The notes beneath the pieces were generated by a model that was not told the origin of the DNA, ran no database searches, and was given only the letters and a program-made list of their open reading frames with translations. The translations under genes were made by a program, and so were the position numbers. DNA of 21,770 nucleotides from Bugula neritina (lineage: Eukaryota; Animalia; Bryozoa), in contig CAXIUT010000124.1 in NCBI GenBank assembly GCA_964035545.1, forward strand, positions 37,731-59,500. Reading direction: 5' to 3'. Numbering within the stretch: position 1 is the stretch's first letter; each line of letters opens with the position of its first letter. Shown one piece after another: positions 12,994 to 21,770 of this stretch.

Positions 12994-13073
12994 GGGGTTG
13001 GGGTTGGGGTTGGGGTTGGGGTTGGGGTTGGGGTTGGGGTTGGGTTGGGGTTGGGGTTGGGGTTGGGGTTGGG
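12994..13073 (+). repeat. Internal telomeric tract (GGGGTT)n
   Basis: 8 x GGGGTT, one GGGTT variant (13042-13046), 4 x GGGGTT, then GGG. Same orientation as the right-end telomere. Confidence 0.98.
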
Positions 13074-14091
13074 AGTAACCAACCAATTGTAATGTACTTT
13101 ATCTAATATTAAGAGGAGTTAGATTATCTGCTTGGAAGAAAAGAGAAAGAAAAGATGAAAAAAAAGAAAATACAATAACTCGAATAAGTCTATGAGAAAT
13201 AGAGAAACAATCGTATGAGTAAGATGACTTTGAAAATATCTCGATCTGATAAGATTAGAGAGATAAGTTTGAAAGAAAAGAAAACTAGAAGCAGAAGACA
13301 ATTAGAACAGATAGATAAAGTAAGAACAAAAGTAAAAAAATAAAATTAATCATAACTTTAAAAAATGTTAGAAGCACAAAAATCATTTAGCAAAAGAAGA
13401 ACAACTTCTCGATCATCTACATCAAGTCTTAATCACAAATCATCTCGTGTTTCAAGAAGTTTCATTCATAAAAAAGATAATCCTGAAACCATTGATGCCA
13501 GAATCGATCATATTGAAGATAAGTTAGATCATGCTGCTACGAATAGTAAATTTTACTATAGTAACATAGCTCAGAGAGCTAAAAATTACTCTAAAAACTT
13601 TAATTAACTAATGGGTAAAATCAAAGATAAATAAAAATTAGATTAAAATAAATGTATTAAAGATTATTATCATCGAGCTGTTCATATTGCTTAATGTGGA
13701 GAAAAGTCTAGAAACTATTATCAAAATTAATCTTAAAAGAAGAAGAAATAAATTGATTAAAAATTTAAAAAAGCCAAAGATAATCTTAGACATATAGATC
13801 GACAAAGATAAGCTAAATTTTAATAACTACAACTAAAACTCGTATCATATCAACTATATAGAATAAAAGCTTTAAACCTAAGACATGGAAGAACGAAAAA
13901 AGTGAAGTTTACCTTCAAAAATTCTTAAATAATCAAAAATAACTTGCCCACGATAAAGTATAAATGCGTTAATTTAGAATGATAAAGCCTAATTAATAAT
14001 AAGAAAGCATTTAGATCTAAGCCTAAAAAACCAAGCACTTAAAGAGAAGAAAGAAAAGATCCATCAAACTATGAAGATCATAGAACCATGA
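13074..14091 (+). CDS. Basic coiled-coil protein, probably 5'-truncated; introns 13842-13861, 13958-13977, possibly 13094-13113
   Basis: The frame containing ORF 13365-13607 is open back to the telomere junction (..EELDYLLGRKEKEKMKKKKIQELEEVYEKE..). Two canonical 20-nt GTA..TAG introns extend it to TGA 14089-14091. An in-frame ATG at 13092 is an alternative start. Confidence 0.72.
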
Positions 14092-14698
14092 AGTTTTTGA
14101 TTTTAAGGATTTTTAAATGAATTTAAGAGTATTTTAATCAATAAAATAAGATAGTATGAACAATAAACATAAAATAAAAAACAAAATATGTTTCAATATG
14201 ACAGATTATTAATTTTACTTTATAAATCAAAAATGTTACTTTTCAAAGAAATTACTTTTATTTTTTCGACAAATATTTAAATCATCAAAAAATAACAACT
14301 AAAAGAACTTTATTTAAAGTCAACTAACTTTATTCATTTAACCTATTGATTTATCATTTGATGTTTCAATAAGTTTTATTTTTTGGACTTTGAGATAACT
14401 CTTAAGTTAATGATATTATTAAATTAAATTTTAATAGTATCATTGGATTACAAAGTTCATTCTTTTAATAGAATATAATGCTTTCTAAGATATTTACTTT
14501 TTGGTATGATTTTTTTTTGACAAAAGTAAATTCTGCTTTCCTTCAACGTTTTAAATTAAACAAAGCCTTTTCGGAGAAGTAGAGTATATTTTATCATATT
14601 TTAAAGTTTTAGGGATGATTTTATATAAAAACACCTGATTATTTATCAGTTTTGTCAAAATTGATTTATATAATCATTAAAATTATTTAGTTGTAATC

Positions 14699-14986
14699 AT
14701 GAGTAGCACAGTTTACCACAGTGAGGAAGATGCCCCAGTTTATGGATTTCTTTGTGAGGAAAGTGGAGTGTTCTATGCATTTGATACTTTCGAACAATAT
14801 CAAGATTTTCTAAGTTGGCTCCAAAATAGCTCATCCAACCAATCAAATGCAGTTGACGGAGTTATGACTGATGAAGAAATGAAGCTCAACTACTAAAGAA
14901 CCACTGAAAATATCATGGAGGTGTTTAAAGACCCAATATTCACCTCTTAAGATACTAAGATGGAACTGGAAGAGATTGACTTTTGA
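14699..14986 (+). CDS. Small acidic hypothetical protein, 95 aa
   Basis: The track ORF 14699-14896 continues through TAA=Glu: ...EEMKLNYERTTENIMEVFKDPIFTSEDTKMELEEIDF*. It is a GC-richer island between AT-rich spacers. Confidence 0.82.
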
Positions 14987-15651
14987 TATTAAGAGTTCAG
15001 ATCCAAGTGATCATTATACAATATATTTAATCTTCATTCATTCCTATTACTTTAAAATAACTCCCTCAATAGTAACTGTGAGCTTTAAAAGTTATCTTCA
15101 AATCATCATGATACAAAAATAAAACAATTCCTTCAAAAATATCAAAAATAAAGGTGATACATCAAAGCTTATTTTAAATCTAAGGTAGGTTAAAGAAAGT
15201 TAAACCTTTAATCATTGGAAAAGTCAACCTAATTTGAAATACAATTTTATTTATGGGGAAAAATAAAATTATATCCTCATTTTGCTTTCAAATCAAAAAA
15301 ACAAAATAGTAATTTTGAACCACTTTTAAAGCTATTTTGATGAAAATAAAAATCAAAAGATTGACAGAATATCAACTAATCAGCTATAAATAACTTTGTT
15401 TTCTTAAATATAGCAGTCATCCTAGTATATTTCCTTATTTTTAAAGTTATATGATCTTAATTAAGCTTAAATAAAGTCAGTTAAACCTTAAAAACAGAAT
15501 TATCAAATTTTTGAGAGTATAAAAAAATCAAAAACAATTCAATTTAGTCTTCTCATTATTTTATTTTATTTTATTAATAATTAACTTGTCAAGATACTCC
15601 AAATAAACTATAAATATTTCAACTAAACTATCAACTATTTAACGACTCTCG

Positions 15652-16638
15652 TCATTATTCATTTTATGATAATATTTGAATACTATTCACTCCATTTAGC
15701 ATTCTAATTTAAGTATTGTAGCCATTAAAAACACCATGATGATGCTCTTCATACTGTTTCTATCTTTGATAGCCTTTTGATCTATGTTTAGTTTGATATT
15801 CATTTTTCCCTCTAGGACTTGAAGGTGAACTCATATTGATTGCTGACTATTAAAGTTCTTTCGTCTGTTAGTGTTTATTATAAAATTATTTAGCTTATTT
15901 TGTTTTTTATAGAACTAGATTTCTGACATCGAAACTTGACATGTTGATTATTTCTGTTAATTTTTTAATCTAAGCTATATAGAAGCCTTTACGGTTTTTA
16001 TATTACTCCATTATCTATAGAATTTTCTTTTATAGATGTTGTTTATCTTCCTTAAGTTAAAAAATTTCTTTTTTTAAAGTGTTTATCATTTTTTAAAACT
16101 CTTGATGCTTTTTCATAGATTTGCTTTTATGTGCATTTTAATTTTATTCTTATCGAACTAATCTTAAAAGTTTACTTTATTTAGTACGTACAGCTAAAAC
16201 TACTTCTTGATCGTATTTTTTATTTTTATAAATGCTTGATTTTCCATTTTAAGATCCTTTTTGACTTTAAAATGCACTTTATAGAATTTTATAAACTGCT
16301 TCTAAAAGAGAATCAAGAGTAGATACTTTGTCTATAGATGAAGTGCTGGATATAATGTTTGAAGAAAATAAGTTAATATCGAAATTATTTTTCAAATACG
16401 ATACTATTGTGACCTTAGTTTTTCCTTTTAAATCATCCAGAGAATAAGTAAAATTCTTATCTTCCTATTTAATTGTTTCAGATATATTTTTCTTCATTGA
16501 TAGTTTAAGAACTTCATCACTTTCAATGCTTTTGACTTCATTGTTATTATACAAAGAATAGCGAGTAAAGGCATTTATATCTCCTCTTGGACTACTTCCT
16601 CTCGGACTGCCTCGGCTTATCTTTGTACTATGGTTCAT
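15652..16638 (-). CDS. Hypothetical coiled-coil protein with SPR motifs, 328 aa
   Basis: 987-nt open frame MNHSTKISRGSPRGSSPRGD... with a coiled-coil middle, a further SSPSSPRG, and TGA at 15652-15654. The exact 3' end is less certain. Confidence 0.78.
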
Positions 16639-16693
16639 CAAATATTAATTATTTAAAATAAGAAATAAATAGAATAGTAAGCTTTATCAATTA

Positions 16694-17644
16694 TCAATGG
16701 TTTGACAAATAGAAGAAATCTGGTTGAAATTCCATATTGTTTCCAAATTAGAAATCTTTTTCTTTAATATTCCATTAATCTTCTATCTTTAACATAGAAC
16801 CAACCCCTTGCTTACTCATTCTAACTGCGTTTTCCTCACCAAAATCTTACATTCTCATATCTAGATCAATTTGATTGATAGAAGGAAAGTTAAAATTAAA
16901 AAACCTATCTTATTTTTATTTTTATCCTAAAGAACCTGAACTTTTCTGTAATCTATTCACTATCTCCTTCAATGAAGCTCTTTGTGCAACATTTTCATCC
17001 TCTTTCTTATCATTTGAAGTTTATTTCTTAATAAAAATAACATTTTCTTGATTCTAATCGATAGGTTTATATTTGATATCATAATTTTTTTGAATAAAAG
17101 AGTAAAATCTATTTTTGATCTTATTCTAAGGTCTTCCAGGAAGATATTTACTTATTTCTGACCATTTTCTACCAATTTAAGAAAAGAGCTAAATGATTTT
17201 ACGATCTTCTTCATCAGACCAATCTTCTTTTTTTATTTTAGGATCTAGCTTATTGATAAACCTTTATCTTATTTGCTTACCTGTCTTTGTTCCTAGCATT
17301 TCAGCTAAGAGTTTCCAATTTTTACCAACTTTTTTCATCATTTTTTTGATGGTTTAATCTTAATCAGGCGACCATATTTTTCTATGAGCTCCGAATTGAG
17401 ATATTCTTCTATATCGATGAAGACACTGATTTTAATTTCTATCAGTCATGAGTGATGCGATAATGGCCCATTTTTTAGGATATTAGTTGTATAACTGGAT
17501 GAGATGTTCATCTTCTTCAGGGTTCCAAGTTTTAACTTTTCTTTTTTTGGAGTGTAGGTGTTTTTGTTTGACCTAGAGGTTGACTTTAATTCCATCAAAG
17601 CGTTAAATAGATTTACAAAATTGTCCTTGTCTACTTTCTTCCAT
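16694..17644 (-). CDS. Three-repeat (R1R2R3) Myb transcription factor, 316 aa, intronless
   Basis: WNPEEDEHL...KKWAIIASLMTDRNENQCLHRY; WSPDEDETI...KNWKLLAEMLGTKTGKQIRERFINKLDP; WSDEEDRKI...RKWSEISKYLPGRPENKIKNRFYS. Confidence 0.95.
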
Positions 17645-17824
17645 ATTTAATTTATAGAAGAATTTAATCACAGAAGATATTTATACAACCAAAATATTTT
17701 ATTTATCATTTAACTCCATTTTGAATCAATTAAGTATTATTTATCTTAATTTAATAAATCCTCATTAATATTTTTGAATGCGCTCAACATATCATATCAT
17801 AGCTTATATAACAGTCAAATTTAA

Positions 17825-20557
17825 ATGCTCAAAAAAAAGAAAAATAATAAAGAACCAACCCATAAAGATAGAAATCATAGAATTTTGAATATATATTCAA
17901 CCAATCAATCAGTCTCAGATCATATTGTTAAAGGTTCATCTGTACCTCTTAAAAAAAATACAAAAAATACTCATAATAATCACAATCTAAAACCAAAATA
18001 AGTACAAAAAAGATAGAAACCAAAAGGTCCTCCCTTAATAGTCAAAATAAAAGGACCCTAAATATATTAAAGAATTCCCTATACCATCGTAAATAGCAAT
18101 ACAAATAGTTAAATATAGTTTTCAAATTATGGAGAATCTTCAAAATAAACCAATAAAGCCCTTAGAAGAAATTTATATATCAACTGTGATAAAGACACTC
18201 TGATAAAATAAATCTGGAATTTAGATAAGAATAAATATTTGATAGAAAATGATTCTGCCATAAAAATTCAAAAAGTATTCAGAGGATTCAGGACAAGAAA
18301 AATTCTACAAAAGTATATTGATCAAGAATAACAGATACTATGTGCATAAAAATCATAAATAAAAAGAAAAGCTACTTTTGTATCTAATAATCAATAAGAC
18401 AGTTTTTATGACTGTTCAATAAAACATTCATATTTCTTATCGAATAGAAAAAATAAAAATAGTAATCAAATTTTTAATAGTGATGAAAAATCAAATAATT
18501 TAGATCTAGAATCTTCTATTATGGCTAATGAATTAGAAAATGGTAATTAAATTCAGTTTAATTAAATATCATTGAAACAAAAAGATATCTACTAAAAAGT
18601 TTGTTTTGTTGATAAAAGTCGTCTTCATCTAGAAGTTTAACTTTATGATAAAATGATGAAATTAAGATAAAGCGTTCTTCGTAAGAAATAGAGTTAAAGT
18701 TTAATTTAACTAAATAAACTTTTATAAAATAATCTTTTAACCCAAGATTAATTTATTGATAAATTATCAAAACTAACCTAAACTTTTATTGTAAAAAAAT
18801 CAGATATTTAACAAACCAAAGAAGATATCTATCAAGGATATCGAGCTCAACTTAATTTATTGAAAAATACAGCAATAGATGCTAAATATTTAGGTATTAA
18901 AATACCATTTTGTCGATCAATGGAAATATTTCCTAATCAACCTCGTTGGCATTTCGATTAACTCATGATAGATTAACTTAATTAACACGCTAACAGAAGA
19001 ATCAAAACGAAAAATATTTAAATTAAAGATTATTAAAAATAAAATTAAAAATAGTAATAAAATGCTCTTGAAGAAAAACCTAAATAAAAATATGAAAAAG
19101 AGTAAAGATAAGAATTCAATTAATCTTCTAGTGAAGTTGATTCAGTTAGTTTTTAATATTAAGAAACTACTATTTATAAAAAATGTCCTCCTTTTAGTTT
19201 AGATATCACTGAACCAGAATAAAATAGACATTTTCATTCTCCTAAACATTTTAAACAAGTTTCTCCTTTCAAAAACTTTTCAGCTGTTGCAGTCTTCTAA
19301 ACTATTCACGGAAATTAATAAAATTAATAAATAACTGAAGATAAGGGAGAACTTATTGAACTGAAAAAGGAAGGATAAAAATAATTGAAAAGATAAGTTT
19401 ATAAAATAAATGGAGATTCATCAGAATAATAATCATAATAAATACTCTATAAAGAGAACTAAGAGAAACAAGCCCAGTAGATAGCAACTTTGTGTTTTAA
19501 GAAGATAGTATGGGAACTTATGCAAGATATAATGTCATCCAATACTATATATAATACAATAATAACAAAAAACAAAAATAAAAATCCTGAAACAATAACT
19601 AAAAAATAAAAATTAGATTTTCTAAAAATGTGTCTTAACTAGCTACCTCATTACAATAGAGTATAAGTTCGTTTGAATCAGAAAATGTATCCGAATTTAA
19701 AAGAATTGCTTTACAGTATGCGAGATTGTTAAGGATAATAGTAATAGTAATCTGACTATATATAAATAGGTCATTATGAATATATACTAAATCATTAGAT
19801 ATGTGTAGAATATATCGAGAGGTATCTCTAGTAATATAGAAATATAAGAAGAGAATAGCTTTTAAATAGAAAGAAGAATTAAGTGAGTGACAGTTTTAAA
19901 TAGGAATATTAATAAATGAGTAATGAGAAAATCAGACAAATGGCTTTCAATAATAAAATAAAAATATCAAAAATATCAAAATATGTCTAAGAATAAAGAG
20001 AATAAATATTAAGAATATAACTACATATGCTCTTCGATGTCTGGAATTAATAATTAATCAAATACAGATAAAATAAAAATGGATATAGCGGAATAGGATT
20101 AAATTAACTATCTTTGTCACTCAAAGATAGAATTTGTTAATAAATGAACTCAGAATAGTAATACAGCATTATGATGCATCAAACATAAAATAAAATATAA
20201 AAAATTATCATTTCCTAAACTATTAATCATAAAAATAACCATGATCAAGATTAATCCATTTAAATCAATAATTCTCAATGGATCTTCTACACACAAGAAG
20301 CACTTTAGTACGGATTCGACCTTGCCAGAATAATTTAACTATAACTTCTTTTCTAGTGCCTAAATTAAATAGATATTATCCACGGATAAAATCAATAAAA
20401 TTAAGAAATTAAAGAATATTCAGAAGAAATCAAAGAATAAGAATAATAAGAATCCTCATCATTTTTCAATTCTTATGAATAGCAATAACTCTAAAAGAAA
20501 ATACTAAAAATGAATAGGCAACATTAAAGCGATTCAGACGATTCATTTTATAACTGA
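17825..20557 (+). CDS. IQ-motif coiled-coil protein with C-terminal DUF4378-like (M3/M2) motifs; CEP350/CAP350-like, 910 aa
   Basis: 2733-nt frame without TGA. IQ motif SAIKIQKVFRGFRTRK; MKLRESVLRKKESESL; LHMLFDVWNEEL and WIFYTQEALEYGFDLARIIELELLFECLNEI resemble the CAP350/TRM M3 and M2 motifs. The ORF is solid; the family call is moderate. Confidence 0.72.
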
Positions 20558-20590
20558 TAATCAAATAAAAAGATAAAAATGATATTTACT

Positions 20591-21601
20591 TCATTGTAGT
20601 TTTCCTATCCATTCATATTATCGAGGATTCTTTGTAGTCTTCATACTAGGCTCACTCTTATTACCTCGACTAGACTCAGATCTATCCGACTGCTTCCTCA
20701 TCTATGAACAAGCCTTTCGATTCTACATCTATTGTCTCTTTATCCTCAACTTACAATAACGATGCTACTGTAACTACTTAAATTAACGGAAAAAGTATTA
20801 CAGTAAAGGTATCTTTAAATATTTTCCTATTTTTTTGTTTTTATATTTATTGATGTTATTTAGTATTTCCAAAGATTTGTCATCCAAAGATAGTCCTATG
20901 TATTCTTAATCATTATCCAGAACTAAATCAATAAACTAATTTAATTTTATAGATATTGCCTCTTAGTAAAATTTAGAATCCCCTTTTCTTTTCTTTTAAC
21001 TTTATATCTAAGCCATAAGTAAATCTATTTTAGTATCCATTTTTTCAGTATTATTAGCTTCATTATCTATATTTTCTTATATTTTTAATCTTTGTGTTTC
21101 AGTTCTTTAAAGATTTTTATTATTTTGCCATTTATCGTAGTTTATTTATTCAAAATTAAAACTAGACAGATAAGTTGAATAATTATGGTGATTATTTATT
21201 TATGGAATTTTAATTTATTCTGATAAGGGCGATTCATGATTGAAAAATCTATTTACCTCATCTAATGCTTTTTAGATACGTTTTGGAAAGGATGTCAAAA
21301 CCTTTTATTTTACTTTTATCTAAGATTATTATTCAAAGATGTTCTGAATTTGTCCATTATCGAAAATTGCCATTACTTTTTATATCTCGCTTTACTTTTT
21401 TAAGAATTCCTTAAATATTTGAATATACTATGAAGAAGTGGTAGACCTTGATGCCTTTTGAGTGTTTTCTCGACTGTTTTTAAGAGAATAAGAAGATGAC
21501 ATGAATAGCTTTTCTTCGCTGGGTATTGATAATTAAGGTTGTATGTTTTGGATAAAAGTATTTTCCAACTTAGACTCTTGAAAGCTTTATTGAATACTCA
21601 T
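20591..21601 (-). CDS. Hypothetical protein, 336 aa
   Basis: 1011-nt frame MSIQESFQESKLENTFIQ...NPREYEWIGKLQ* with no internal TGA; no recognisable domain. Confidence 0.78.
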
Positions 21602-21659
21602 ATTATACTATCGAACAGTAACTTTCAGAAATTATTGCAATATTTTAATTTAACAATAA

Positions 21660-21770
21660 GGGGTTGGGGTTGGGGTTGGGGTTGGGGTTGGGGTTGGGGT
21701 TGGGGTTGGGGTTGGGGTTGGGGTTGGGGTTGGGGTTGGGGTTGGGGTTGGGGTTGGGGTTGGGGTTGGG
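21660..21770 (+). repeat. Right telomere (GGGGTT)n
   Basis: Perfect G4T2 repeats to the end of the window. Confidence 0.99.

Noticed and set aside
13075-13089. Tetrahymena Cbs-like sequence GTAACCAACCAATTG next to the internal telomere
   Set aside because: It shares the AACCAACC core of WAAACCAACCYCNHW but misses conserved flanking positions, and it reads as coding. Cbs is also normally removed from the MAC. Worth revisiting only if enriched at other breakpoints.
16796-16810. AGAACCAACCCCTTG as Cbs, telomere seed or telomerase RNA template
   Set aside because: It lies within the Myb coding frame (KQGVGS); most likely chance.
19822-19839. Possible 18-nt intron GTATCTCTAGTAATATAG
   Set aside because: Frame-neutral, shorter than all required introns, and reads well as ERYLEEYR.

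Overview
This is AT-rich ciliate macronuclear DNA with (CCCCAA)n/(GGGGTT)n telomeres at both ends and a third, G-strand-oriented telomere tract inside (12994-13073). The supplied standard-code ORF track is misleading. Read by hand, TAA and TAG fall on conserved Glu positions in GTPBP, threonine dehydrogenase and Myb, and TGA is the only stop. That is the peritrich-type code (NCBI table 30), not the usual ciliate TAR=Gln code. With this code and tiny 20-22 nt GTA...AG introns, the window resolves into 15 densely packed protein genes plus tRNA-Leu(CAA). They are: a RING + chromo-barrel/Tudor-like protein, GTPBP1/2, a divergent VAP/MSP protein, a bacterial-like L-threonine dehydrogenase, an importin-7/8-like protein, a protein with two WRKY/FAR1-like Zn modules, a 3R-Myb, a CEP350-like IQ/DUF4378 protein, and several coiled-coil or small orphan proteins. 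Bases 1-13073 look like a complete 13-kb minichromosome joined to a second, apparently 5'-truncated chromosome fragment (chimera or fusion). All family calls come from recalled motifs, not database searches.
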